This document shows, piece after piece, positions 13,560 through 26,358 of a stretch of 64,000 nucleotides of DNA (its first letter is position 1; every line of letters starts with the position of its first letter). The position numbers were made by a program, and so were the translations under genes. The stretch covers positions 83,125,568 through 83,189,567 of the forward strand of contig NC_057711.1 of NCBI RefSeq assembly GCF_004010195.1. The letters run 5' to 3'. Below the pieces are notes generated by a model, which did no database searches, was not told where the DNA came from, and worked only from the letters and a program-made list of their open reading frames with translations. This stretch comes from Chiloscyllium plagiosum (lineage: Eukaryota).

Positions 13560-14490
13560 GAAACATGGAAACATAAAAAATAAAAACACATTCTTTTGAA
13601 TGTGCTTTGCCATTCAATGGGTGATCATCCAACTTAGTATCCTGTTCCTGCTTTTTCCTTACATTCTTGATCGCTTAGACCTAAGAACCTAAGTCCAGTC
13701 CAAACAACCCAGTCTCTCTTCATATGTCAGTTCTCCCATCCCAGGAATCAATTTGGTAAACCTTCATTGCACTCCTTCCATAGCCAGAACATCCTTCCTT
13801 AGATAAAGAGACCAGAACTGCACACAATACTCCAACTATGGGTCTTACCAATGTCCTGTACAATTGCATCGACATCCCTGCTCCTGTACTCAAATCCTCT
13901 TGCTCTGAAGGCTGACATACCATTTGCCGTTTTTTTTATCTCTAATGGACTTGCATGTTTACTTTCAGCAACTGGCATACAAAGAAACCCAAGTCATGCT
14001 CATCTCCTATCCAAACCTATTGCCATTTCAATAATATGTCATTCTTGTTGTTGGGACCAAAATGGGCAATCCCACATTTATCTCTGGATTAAATTCCATC
14101 TGTCATTCCTGCACCAAAGTCTCCAACCTATCACTATCCTGCTGTATCTTCTGACAATCTTCATCACTTTCTGCAACTTCCCCAATCTGCAAACTTGCTA
14201 ATCAGGCCACCTACATTCTTCTCCAAATCATTTATATGGAATATTGCGTGCAATTCTGGCCTCCCTCCTATCGGAAAGATGTTATGAAACTTGAAAGGGT
14301 TCAGAAAACATTTACAAGGATGTAGAGCTGAAAATGTGTTGCTGGAAAGGCGCAGCAGGTCAGGCAGCATCCAAGGAGCAGGAGAATCGATGTTTCGGGC
14401 ATGAGCCGAATTGTCTCAACTTGACCAAATCACACTGAAGCTTCTCTGCATCCTCTTCACAGTTCAACCTCTCACCCAGCTTTGTGTATC
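13560..14490 (-). mobile_element. CR1-type LINE fragment interrupted by a templated insert (14087-14407)
   Basis: ORF 13720-13923(-) reads MQLYRTLVRP. LINE sequence resumes at about 14415 (CTCAACTTGACCAAATCACACTGAAGC). Confidence 0.75.
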
Positions 14491-15198
14491 ATAGAGTCAG
14501 AGACATACAGCTTGGAAACAGAGCCTTCAGTCCAACTCTTCTATGCTGACCAGATATCTTAACCTAATCTAGTCCCATTTGCCAGCACTTGGCCTATATT
14601 CCTCTAAACCCTTCCTATTCATACACCCATCCAGATGCCTTTTAAATGTTGCAATTGTACTAGCTTCCACCACTTCCTCTGGCAGCTCATTCCATACACG
14701 CACCATCCTCTGTGTGAAAACGTTGCCCCTTAGGTCCCTTTTATATCTTTCCCTTTTCACCCTAAACCTGTGCCCTCTAGTTCTGGACTCCCCCACCCCA
14801 GGGAAAAGACCTTGTCTATTCAACCTATCCATGCCTCATGATTTTATAAGCATCTATAAGGTCACCCCTCAGCCTCTGACACTCTAGGGAAAACAGCCCC
14901 AGCCTATTCAGCTTCTCTCTGTAGTTCAAATCCTCCAACCTTGGCTACAACCTTGTAAAAGGAGAAAGTGAGGACTGCAGATGCTGGAGATCAGAGCTGA
15001 AAATGTGTTGCTGGAAAGGCTGAAGAAGGGCTCATGCCCGAAACATCGATTCTCCTGCTCCATGGATGCTGCCTGACCTGCTGCGCCTTTCCAGCAACAC
15101 ATTTTCAGCTCTACATCCTTGTAAATGTTTTCTGAACCCTTTCAAGTTTCATAACATCTTTCCGATAGGAGGGAGGCCAGAATTGCACGCAATATTCC
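14490..15198 (-). mobile_element. Relatively young CR1-type LINE 3' end
   Basis: ORF 14569-14832(-) GESRTRGHRFRVKRER..RGNVFTQRMVRVWNELPEEVV is the CR1 ORF2 C-terminus. Confidence 0.9.
14960..15110. mobile_element. Short hairpin element with hammerhead-like core and 15-bp TSD
   Basis: TSD CTACA(A/T)CCTTGTAAA at 14945-14959 and 15111-15125. Core CTGAAGA-A-GGGC-TCAT-GCCC-GAAAC-ATC at 15020-15047. Confidence 0.75.
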
Positions 15199-15975
15199 AT
15201 ATAAATGATTTGGAGAAGAATGTAGGTGGCCTGATTAGCAAGTTTGCAGATTGGGGAAGTTGCAGAAAGTGATGAAGATTGTCAGAAGATACAGCAGGAT
15301 ATTGATAGGTTGGACACTTTGGTGCAGGAATGACAGATGGAATTTAATCTAGACAAATGCAAGGTCATGCAGAGGGGAAGTAAAAGTAAATGGCAGAACC
15401 CTTAGAAACATTAACATACAGAGAGATCTAGGCATATCGGTTCACAATTCCCTGAATGTGGCAAGTGGATAAGATGGTCAAGAAGATGCACACAATATAA
15501 AAATTGGCGAGTTATGTTGCTGCTGTATAGAACTTTAGTTAGACCATATTTGGAATCTTATGTATATTTCTGGTCACCACACTACCAGAAGGAGATGATA
15601 CAGAAATGATTTACCAGGATGCTGCTTGCTTTGGAGGGAATTAGCTATGAGGAGAGGTTGGACAAACCTGGTTTGTTTTCACTTGAATGTTGAAGACTGA
15701 GGGGCAACATAATAGAAGTTTACAAAATTATGAGAGGCATGGATAGAATGGATAATCATAATCTTTTCTCCATGGGAGAAATGTCACTTTCTAGGTGGAA
15801 TAGGTTTAAGGTAAAAGGGGGCAAGTTTACTGGAGATGTGAGAGGCAAGTGTGTCACAGAGAAGGTGGTAAGTGCCTGGAATACGCTACCGCAGGAGATG
15901 GTGGAGGTGAGTAGAATAGCAATTTTTAAAAGGTATCTGGACATGTATATGGATAGGCAGGGATGAAGAGATACA
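15199..15975 (+). mobile_element. CR1-type LINE 3' fragment
   Basis: INDLEKNVGGLISKFAD RT motif and ORF 15730-15966 (VVSAWNTLPQEMV). Confidence 0.85.
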
Positions 15976-17436
15976 GACTGCGTAGAGGAAAAAGGCTTTT
16001 AGTTTACATAGGCATCACCATACTAAGTTTGGTAAAGACAATTTTAAAAAATTCGTTCATAGGTTATGGACTTGACAGGCTGGGCAAATATTTGTTGCCT
16101 GTCCCTACTTCCCATTGAGAAGCAGCTTTCTTGAATTGCTGCAGTCCATTTGATATAGGCTCCTCCTGAGTGCTGTTGGGAAGTGATTCCAGGATTCTGA
16201 CTCAGCAACTCTGAAGAAATGGCAATATATTTCCAAATCAATGGAGTGGTGCCCATGGCAAATCAAAATTAATTGTCTTTGACTAAACCATTCATTTTTT
16301 TAAATGCAATTAACATGCAAGTTAAAATGCAATTCTTTAGTGTCTTTGCTTGCCAAATAACTCATAGATCTCCAAATCTGAGACTGCTATTTTGAAACTG
16401 GTACAACACATGCAGTACAATTCTACTCTGAGAAATTCATAAGCTAATATATGTTCAACTCCTAGATTTCATGTGTCCATATGAATATTCTGATTGATTC
16501 AAATGAGGTATTTTTGTAATTAATGGTACTCAATTATTTTTCTTATCCTGGGAAAAAGTCAAGATATCCCTTGTTTTTTCTAGTAAAGCATTTGACCTTT
16601 GTCTTCAGACGAGTAGTGATAAGGATTTGATGGCACTAAACTTTATCCTGAAGGGATTAGGACTTATTAACAGATGGTCATGATATTCAGGAATATCAGC
16701 CTTAACCAAAGCAGATGGTAAACATTTAACTCAACAAGAAAGGAATGATTATAATGTGAGGTTTAAGGTTTCTAAATAAACGAACAATAGAACCTCAATC
16801 AGGTACAAGCTGGAAGATAAGAGAGTTTTTTGAGTGGGGGAATATTTATATTATTGCATAGTTCAATTATATACATGCGTCTGCCTTTTGAGATTGAGAC
16901 AGATTGTTGAACCAAGCACAGTAAATTAAATTTGGGTAAAGACAGAAATGGAGCAATCTTTCATTCAGTACTATTATGATAGTAATAGGAAGAGCTGTAT
17001 CAATAATATTTTCCTTGAATTTTCTATATATTTGTTCTAAATCATGCACATTACAATAAAGATGTTACTTATCTTCAAATGCATAGCCATGCCTTCTCCA
17101 CAATGCTTGTAGCCAGAGAATCAGTAGAATGGTTTTGCAGAATTCTGTTAAGGTGGATTTCTCCAACCATCTTTGGGCAGTTAAGTAGAATGCACCAACT
17201 CACCTCCCAGCAGCCTTGACAGTTAGCATGGGATCAATGTATTGCTGTCAGACATTAGCAGCAGAAATGAAATGACTAGCCAGTCTCTGGGCCACAAGGG
17301 AAAACTAAAGTACGATTTCCGCACAAAATATATTTGATGCCATTTTATGGCATCCTGACTTCCAGAGAAATCTGACCCAAAAGGAAACAAATACTTGAAT
17401 TTACAAAGTACGTATCCTTTCGTATATTTCATGATA

Positions 17437-17654
17437 GCTGAAAATGTGTTGCTGGAAAAGCGCAGCAGGTCAGGCAGCATCCAGGGAACAGGAGAATCAA
17501 CATTTCGGGCATAAGCCTTTCTTCAGGAATCTGAAGGTGGATGCCCGAAACGTCGATTCTCCTGTTCCCTGGATGCTGCCTGACCTGCTGCGCTTTTCCA
17601 GCAATACATTTTCAGCTCTGATCTCCAGCATCTGCAGACCTCACTTTCTCCTCA
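17437..17654. mobile_element. Palindromic non-autonomous element with perfect 14-bp TSD
   Basis: About 90-bp inverted arms centred near 17528. TSD TATATTTCATGATA at 17423-17436 and 17655-17668. Confidence 0.85.
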
Positions 17655-17949
17655 TATATTTCATGATATCAGAGTGTCCTAAAGTACTTTACAACCAATG
17701 AAGTATTTCTAGTGTAGTCACTGTGAGAATGTAGAGAGTATTATATCCTTAGGTACCTTGTGATCTTTGCAGCCTCAACCTTTTGTTAAACTGACTTATA
17801 TGCTGTCTCCTTTGCAGACACTTCAAAAGTATTTTTTGTTCAGCAAACTTGTCCTTTGGAAGCTTCTGGGAGAGAGTCCATGACATTTTTTTAACACTAT
17901 TTCTGTTTTGACATGATAAACATTCCAGAATCACTGTCCTGTCAGATCA

Positions 17950-18345
17950 TGATGCAATACTATATACAGTTCTGGTTACTCCATATAGGAAGAATTTTAT
18001 TAAATTGGAGAGGGTTCAGAGAAGATTCACCGTGATGTTGCCAAGACTGGAGGGTTTGAGTTATAAGGAGGGGGTAGATAGGCTGGGACTTTTTTCACTG
18101 GAGCACAGGAGGTTAAGGAGTGAACCTAGAGGTTTATAAAATCATGAGGGGCATAAATAAGGTGAATGGCAAAAGTTCATTCCCTAGGGTGGAGGAGTTC
18201 AAACTGGGGGTCATATCTTTAAGATGAGATAAGAAAGATTTAAAAAGGACCAGAGGGGCACCCTTTTCCACACAGAGGGTGGTTCATATATGGAATGAAC
18301 TGCCAGAGGAAGTGGTAGATGAAGGTGCATTTAGAACATTTAAAA
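17950..18345 (+). mobile_element. CR1-type LINE fragment
   Basis: ORF2 C-terminal homology (GGAATGAACTGCCAGAGGAAGTGGT). Confidence 0.8.
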
Positions 18346-18489
18346 GACTGTATCTAAAAGAAAAAATCTGAGCAAGTAACTAGCTATTTTTACTGAAATC
18401 AAAGAGAATTCTGAGTTCTGATTGCTTTGATACAGTGGATTAATAATCAGTTATTGATAATGGTCATTTTGCAGACTTTATTGTTACAT

Positions 18490-19510
18490 GGTAGCCATTG
18501 ACAAATGATTTTCTGTAAGAGTCAGTCTTGGGACCACAACTTTTCACTTTATATATTAATGATCTAGATGAAGGAACTGAGGGCATTCTGACTAAGTTTG
18601 CAAATGATACAAAGATAGGTAGAGGGACAGGTAGTATTGAGGAGGTTGCAGAAGGATTTGGGCAGTTTAGGAGAGTGGGCAAAGAAGAGGCAGATTGAGT
18701 ACAGCATGGGAAAGTGTGAGGTCATGTACTTTGGTAAGAAGAAAAGAAACATAGACTGTTTTCTAAATGGGGAGAAAATTCTAAAGTCTGAAGTGCAAAG
18801 AAACTCGGGTGTTCTAGTCCAGGAATCTCTCAAGATAAATTTGCAGGTTGTGAGTAGATCGGAAAGCAAATGCAATGTTGGCATTTATTTTGAGAGTTCT
18901 TGAATATAATAGTGAGAATGTACTTCTGAGGCTCTATAATGTTCTAGCCAAAACACATTTGGAATGTTGTGCGCAGGTTTGGGCCCTATATCTCAGGAAG
19001 GATGTACTGGCCCTGGAGCATGTTCAGAGGACATTTACGAAAATGGTCCCAGGAATGAAGAATTAACATATGAGGAATGTTTGAGAATTCTGGGTCTATA
19101 TTCGATGGCGTTTAGAAGGACAAAGGGGATCTAATTGAAACATACAGAATGCTAAATGGTTTGCACAGAGTGGATGTTGGGAAGATGTTTCCATTGATAG
19201 AAGAGACTAGGACCCGAGGGTACAGCCTTAGAATAAAGGGAAGACCTTTCATAACAGAGTTAAAGAGAAACTGCTTCAGCCAGAGAGTGGTGAATCAATG
19301 GAATTCAGTGCCACAGAAGGCTGTGAAGGCCAGGTCATTGAGTATATTTAAAATGGAGATAGATAGGTTCTTGATTGTCAAGAGGATCAAGGGTTATGGG
19401 GAGAAAGCAGGAGAATGGTGTTGAGAAACTTATCAGCCATGATTGAATGGCAGAGCAGACATGATGGGCTGAATGGCCTAATTTTTGCTCCTGTGTGTTA
19501 TGGTCTTATA
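18490..19510 (+). mobile_element. CR1-type LINE, 3' 1 kb
   Basis: ORFs RRLQKDLGSLGEWAKK, LLRLYNVL..LECCAQVW and TRTRGYSL..FSQRVVNQWNSVP, followed by a TTATGGTCTTAT tail. Confidence 0.9.
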
Positions 19511-19906
19511 TTTATTTATTGCTGTTTTTTCTGTCATGACTGGGTAATTATAATGTTTATGTTTTAAACTAAGGCTAATTTGACAGTTGAAAATAGGCAC
19601 AGCAAATAAATATGACTGCTAGAAGTCATACTGCTGATTTTAAAAAAAATTCATAGCCAGCTAATAGCAAAGAGAATGGTGTGTTATCCCAACATTAATA
19701 AAAATAGGAACCGATTAGAATTCAAAAGCTCCCAAACAACACAATGTGACCTTGTTAAATCTGTACTCAATCTGCCTCTTCTTTGCCCACTCTCCTAAAC
19801 TGCCCAAATCCTTCTGCAACCTCCTCAATACTACCTGTCCCTCTACCTATCTTTGTGTCATTTGCAAACTTAGTCAGAATGCCCTCAGTTCCTTCATCTA
19901 GATCAT
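18559..19906. repeat. 146-bp inverted copy, 18559-18704 vs 19761-19906
   Basis: Reverse-complement match with about 1 mismatch, including a shared private deletion. Confidence 0.95.
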
Positions 19907-20229
19907 CTAGAACTTAAACCTTTGAGATGACAAGAAAAACATTCACAGGGAATTCCACCATAATTGACTTAGCTGTGTGAAGCAATAATCCATCTCAAGT
20001 TATATAGCAGCGATCCTAAATTTCACCCATTATGGCAATTGCCTCCGTTTTAAAACCTTCCCAGAAAGTTCTGAGAGAATATTATCAAATAGCATTTTCA
20101 GCTCAAGTTAGAAGTCTATATAAGAAATAAACAGTCTGTCAAGAATGTTGAGGGAATTAGCAAGTGATCTAAGTACAAAACTAGAGGAGGGAAAAAAACT
20201 TCTCAAACCATATTATCAACATTTCAAAA

Positions 20230-21180
20230 TTATGCAATATATAGAAAGTTAGATATCATTTCCTTTAAAACAAGTTTTTTGTGGAATCCAACAAGGATGT
20301 TTGTGAGTGCTGGGCCTAGCAGGAATCTGATAGCAAAACCGTTGCCATTCATCAGACACTGCTGTCGAGTCAAAAATATATTCTCCCTATCATGCAAATG
20401 AATTAACTGATTTAAGAATTTTAGTGCCTTTGGGATGCCGGATATGAAGGCCCTTAATCCCAAAGACTGGCAGAGTGTATGGCTTTTGCCCGAAACGTCG
20501 ATTTCGAAGCTCCTTGGATGCTGCCTGAACTGCTGTGCTCTTCCAGCACCACTAATCCAGAATCTGGTTTCCAGCATCTGCAGTCATTGTTTTTACCAGA
20601 GTGTATTAAACAGCATATCCAAGTGGGTGTCAGCAAGGCACTGGCTGTACACAACCAGCCCACACCGGAAATGTTCACAACACAATGTCGAACATTAGAT
20701 GTGATTTTCCAGTGGACCACATTTGCTGGATAATCCTGAGTGTGCTCAAAATTGTGCTAAACCTATTGAAGCTTGTCGGTCAGGTTTTACATGCATGTTC
20801 TGGAAGCTACAAATATTAATACATAGGGTCTTGTTCTTTGCAGACAGAAAGAGCATGTACATGCAGTATGTCTGCTTTAAGTTCACAAAATAGGTGCTAA
20901 CTGATTATTTTCTCAGGGTAATGTCCTGACCAATGAGTGTCAACTTGGTTGTTAATTGTCAATTTTCATTGATTGGTGCATGTTGCATGACAAAGCCCCT
21001 ACCAATCATAAACCACTTGTCAACCAATGAGCTACCTCCTCTCATCCAACACAATTGTTAGTTTTCCCCTTAAATTGGTATTCTTGTAAACTTCCCTGAG
21101 GAGTGCTAGTGAAAAGCATTGACAAATGTGACTATTTTCAGCAATAATCAAGTTCTGCATGACCAACCAACTATTTATTT
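20230..21180. mobile_element. Decayed Penelope-like element remnants
   Basis: Minus-strand NGFAIRFLLGPALTNILVGFHKKL resembles the PLE RT motif G.AMGSPLGP.LANIFVG. A CTGAGGA...GAAA motif lies at 21096-21114. Confidence 0.45.
20481..20596 (+). mobile_element. Short putatively Penelope-derived insert with 10-bp TSD
   Basis: TSD CAGAGTGTAT at 20471-20480 and 20597-20606. The insert begins GGCTTTTGCCCGAAACGTC. Confidence 0.75.
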
Positions 21181-22139
21181 AAAATTGTAAAGGGACTGGA
21201 TGTTATAGGGTGTTAGATCCTAATCTTTCATTTACAAATCTTGAGTTCAAATACAATTATTGCACATGGATCAGAGATCTTTTCTAGTTGTTAATTCTAA
21301 GCAACCTGTAACAATGAAAGTAGGTAACCTGAATATAATTCTGGGCAAATCTATCCTAACGTTATTGATCTCATTAAGAGAAAGCATAAAATTTAAGATA
21401 TAAAATGTTAAAATCATCATATTTGCAAAGTAATCAGGATATTTCAGAAATTAGGCTGAGATATGTGTTGGGACAAGGTAGATATTCTCCATTCCACTTG
21501 TTTTTTTTAGGAACTTATGGTTTGGGATGGAAGTTGCAGTTATACCCAAGCAAAGCATTAAAACCATTTCAAATCCAAGGCTGTTTACAGAATAGGCTCT
21601 TGAATGACTGCTTATGCTCTTGTCATATAATGAAATCTTAATAATTACATCCACCATTCACTGAACACTATGGAGAGAGAATTCAGCAGCCTTGTTTCAT
21701 TGCTTTACTTTGTGCACGACAGATAATTGGGTGAAAATAATCTTTAAGAATTAACAAGTAATGTTTATGAAGCAAATAAACAGTTTGACATATCTATCAA
21801 TTGAAGCATAGATACAGTCAGATTTTTAGTTGTTTCTAGAAACAGAGAAAACCTTAACAATACACCTATACAACAACTACTGTACACAACTATAGACATT
21901 AGGCTGCAGGTATGTTGTTGACTGTGCACCATTTTAGATTGTGCAAGAATCAGCCACAAAGTTAATATCTGTGTTGTTTTTACCTCTCAGAAAATTGTCG
22001 AATTTTCTGCTTGAGTTATGTTCAGGCAGCCTGGTAGGTAAATTGAAGGAGGGAGGCACTCTGTCCCCAAAAATGATTGACATAGTCCCCCTCCTAGGAC
22101 ATGATGATGACCCTGAACCTCCTGCCTGAAGCATATACT

Positions 22140-22650
22140 GTATCCTTTAAAGAAAGAGAACAGTCCTCTCGGTTCAATCATCTTCAGCTGCTCTACCATA
22201 AGAGGACTTTTTGCTGATTATAGTGCAATATTCAGCACCATTCTTGACTTCTCCAAATGCAGCAAAACTTGGACAAATTCCAGGTTTGGGCTGACAAGTC
22301 TCAAACGGCATCCACGCCAGGCAATAATCATCCCCGATAAGAGAGAATTCAACCATTACTCCTTGACATTCAATGGCATTATCAGCACTGAATTCCACAC
22401 CATCAACATCTAGGAGCTTGCCGTTAACCAGAAACTGAGCTGTAGAGCCATATAATATTGTGGCTATAACAAGAAATTAGCGACAAGGAATCCTACGCCA
22501 AGTAGCTCACTGCTTGACTCCTCAAAGCCTATCTCCATTATGTAAGGCACAAGTCAGGAGTGTGATGAGCGATCCATGTGCCTGGATGGCTTCAACAATT
22601 TTCCAACTTGATACCAGCTAAGACAAAACAGTTTGTTTGATTTGCATCAC
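22140..22650 (+). mobile_element. LINE fragment (second family, post-RT region)
   Basis: Homologous in the opposite orientation to 2711-2950. Confidence 0.55.
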
Positions 22651-22669
22651 ATCCCCAAATGTTCAGTCA

Positions 22670-24195
22670 TAAGGCCATAAGACATAGGTTCAGAAATAGG
22701 TCCATCAAGTATGCTCTGTCATTCACTGACATCATGGTGGATCTGAAAATCCTCAGTTGCACTTTCCTCCCTTTACCCCATGATCCTGATTCTGTTACTA
22801 ATTAAAAATCTATCTCAGCCTTGAATATGCTTAATGAACTGATGTCTAGATCTGTCTGTGGTAAAGAATTTCAGAGATTCAATACCGTCTCAGACGTAAT
22901 ATTCCTCTTCATATCTATCCTAACTGGTTGACCCCTTACCATGAGATTATACTCTTTATAGCTAGACTCTACCACAAAAGGAAGCAACCTCTTGGCATCA
23001 ATCCTGTCATCCTTAAGAGTTTTGTATGTTTCAATGAACTTCAATAAAGTCTCATTCTTCTATATTCTCATGAGTTCAGGCCCAGCCTACTCAACTTTTC
23101 AATATAAGAACATCTCTCCATACCCAGGAGCAGTTCGGTTATCTTTCTCTGTAGTGCCTCCAATGCCAGTGTATCATTTCTTTAACAAAGGGACCAAAAC
23201 TGTTCACAGTATTCCAGGTGTTGTTGAGCTAGTGCCTTGTATAGTTTTATCAAGACTTCCCTATTTTTATGCACCATTACCTTTGCAAAAAAGGCCAAGA
23301 TTTAATTTGCCATCCCTATTACCTGCTGAACTTTTTGAAATTATATGCACAGGAACTCTCAACTCCTTTCTGCGCTTGTTCTTCATGTAAGTAGTATTCA
23401 GCTCCTGTATTTTTCCAGCCAAAGTGCATCACCTCATATTTTCCCACATTATATTCTATCTGCCAAGTTTTTGCCCACTCATTTAAATTATACATATCTT
23501 TCTGCAGACTCTTTGTACTACTTTGCCTTCTCACCAATTTTTGTGCCATTGCAATGTTAACAATAGTACATTCACTTTCCTTATCCAAGTCGTCAATATA
23601 TATTGTAAATAATTGTGATCCGAGCTCTGATCCCTGTGGCACTCTACTATTTACAAGTTTCCATCCTGAAAATGTCCTTCACTACCCCAGTACCAGTGTT
23701 CTACCTTCTATTGGTTTGCCACTCCTCTATCCATACAAGGATACCACCTCCAACATAATGGTCTCTTAGTTTATGAAAATGTCTTACCTTTTGGAAATCT
23801 AACTCCATTCAATTCACTGCTTCCCTTTTATCCGCCCTACTTATTACCTCCTCAAAGGATTCTAATAAATTTGTCAGGTATGGTTTTTCCCTTCAGGAAG
23901 CTATGCTGCATCTTCCTAATCATATTATATTCTGAAATGCTCTGCTATTACATCTTTTATAAAAGTCTAATATTTCCCCAATAACAGATGTTATGTAAAC
24001 TGGCCTATAGTTAACCTGATTTTTTTGTCTCCTTCCATTTTTAAATAAAAATTTAACATTGGCAGTTTTCCAATCTTCCAGCACATTTCCCAAATTTAAG
24101 GATTCTTGGAAGATTATTACCAGTGTGTCTACTACCTTTCTAGCTACTTCTGTTAACATTCTAGGATGCATTTGATCCGGTCCAAGGAACTTATC
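22670..24195 (-). mobile_element. CR1-type LINE fragment (~1.5 kb)
   Basis: ORFs PQGSELGSQLFTIYIDDLD and HPRML.EVA..DWKTANV..NYRPV. Confidence 0.9.
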
Positions 24196-24204
24196 AAGGA
24201 ACTA

Positions 24205-25100
24205 GGTGGAGGGAAAGGTAGAGTTGAGGAGGCAGGGAGTCTGCAGAAGGATGTGGACCAACTAGGAGAGTGAGCAAAGAAGTGGCAGATGGAATACAAT
24301 GTGGAAAGATGTGAGGTTATGCACTTTGGTAGGAAGAATAGAGGCATAGACTATTTTCTAAATGAGGAAAGGTTTCAGAAATCTGAAGCACAAAGGGATT
24401 TAGATGTCCTAGTTCAGGGTTTGCCTGTGACTAACATACATGCTCAGATGGCAGTTAGGTTGGCAAATGCAATATTTACATTAATTTCAAGATGTCTGGA
24501 ATACAAGAGCAGAGATGTACTACCAAGGCTGTATTGGCTCTGGTCAGACCACATTTGGAACATTGTGAGCAGTTTTGGGCCCATATCTAAGGAGGGATAT
24601 ACTGGCATTGGAAGTGGTCCAAAGAAGGTTTACAAGAATGATCCCAGGGATCAAGGGCTTGCCATACAAGAAGCAGTTGGGGATTCTGAATCGAAACTTG
24701 ATGGAGATTTGAGAGATGAGGGGAGATCTCATTGGAACTTACAGAATACTGAGAGGCCTGGATAGAGTGAATGTGGAAAAGATGTTTCCTCAAGTAGGAC
24801 AGACCAGACCCAAGGCCACACTCTCAGAGCGAAGGCTACACCCTATAGAACTGAGTTGAGGAGCAATTTCTTCTGCTAGAGTGTGGTGAATCTGTGGAAC
24901 TGATTGCCATAGAAAACTGTGGAGGCCAAGTCATTGAGTGTATTTAAGACAGAGATAGGTGGGGTCTTGATTAGTAGGGGATCAAAAGTTATGGGGAGAA
25001 GGCAGGGGAATGGGGTTGAGAAACATATCAGCCACTATTGAATGATGGGTCAAACCCAATGGGCTGAATTCTGCTCCTCTATCTTATAGTCTTATGGTCT
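24205..25100 (+). mobile_element. CR1-type LINE 3' fragment
   Basis: ORF 24289-24765 (MEYNVERCEVMHFGRKN) and a TCTTATAGTCTTATGGTCT tail. Confidence 0.9.
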
Positions 25101-25314
25101 ATAGCTCCATTAGTTTCCCTCACACTTTTTCTCTAGTTATATTCATTGTGATTATTTCCTTTCACTTTTGCCCATTGGTTAGTTAGTGTTTTTCAATACT
25201 CCCTCCACCAGTGACATTTAGTAGCAACAGTGCATACCATTTATAAAATGTACTGCTGAAATTCATCAGACTTCTTGGACAGCACCTTCCAAATTCATGA
25301 GCACTTTAATCTAG

Positions 25315-26358
25315 TCATAGAGTTATAGTCACTGAGCCATATGGCATGAAAAACAGACCCTTCAGTCCAATCAGTCCATGCCAATCATAATCCCAAACTA
25401 AACTAGTCCCACCTACCTGCACTTGGTGCATAACCCTCTGAACATTTCTTATTTATGTACTGACCAAAATGTCTTATAAATGCTGTAACTGTACCTGCAC
25501 CTACCACTTCCACTGGAAGGTCATTCTACACACAAACCACTCTCTGTGTAAAAATATTGCTCGTCATGTTGTTTTTAACTCTTTTGCCTATTACCTTAAA
25601 AATATGCCCTGTGGTCTTCAAATCACCCATCCTAAGGAAAAGACATCTGCCATTCACCTCATCTATACCCTTCATTATTTTGTAAACCTCTATAATGTCA
25701 TCTCTCAACCACCACTCCAGTGAAAGAAGTCCCAGCCTTATAACTCAAACCTTCCATTCCCAGCAACATCCTGGCAAATCTTTTCTGAACTCTCTCCAAT
25801 TTAACAATATCTTTTCTACAACAGGGAGATCATAAGTGGACAGTCTGGTCCACTCTCTTTTTTATGCACGGATCCTCCCTGTTAACGTATCCATACTTAA
25901 ACTGGAAAGTGTGCAGAAAATGGAGGTTTGGGTTACAAGGAGAGGCTGGATAGGCTGGAACATTTTTTCTCTGGAGCATAGGAATTTGATTGGTGACCTA
26001 AAAGAGGTTTACAAAATCATGAGAGGCACAGATAAGGTGGACAGGAAAAGTATTTTCCCTAGTGTAGGGGAATTTAAAACTAGATGGCATAGGTTTAAGG
26101 TGAGAGGGGAAAGAATTAAAAAAAGACTTGGCAACTTTGTCACACAGAGGGGGCTGCATGAATAGAATGAACTACCAGAGAAAGTGATTGATGCAGGTAC
26201 AGTTACAACGTTTAAAAGGTATTTGGACAGGGACATGAAAAAGGAACGTTTAGAGGGAGATGGGCCAAACTCAGGAAAATAAGACTAGTTTAGTTTGAGA
26301 AATTTGGTCGGCAATGACAAGTTGGATCAAAGGGTCGGTTTCCATGGTGTATGACTCT
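25315..26358. mobile_element. Two CR1 3' fragments head-to-head (- 25315-25825, + 25895-26358)
   Basis: ORFs 25526-25708(-) and 25836-26165(+) are both CR1 ORF2 C-termini. Confidence 0.8.

Larger units (their letters stand above)
14087..15349. repeat. Near-perfect 321-bp inverted repeat, 14087-14407 vs 15029-15349
   Basis: Direct reverse-complement match with about 3 substitutions by eye. The ORF track shows the identical 68-aa translation on both strands. Confidence 0.97.
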
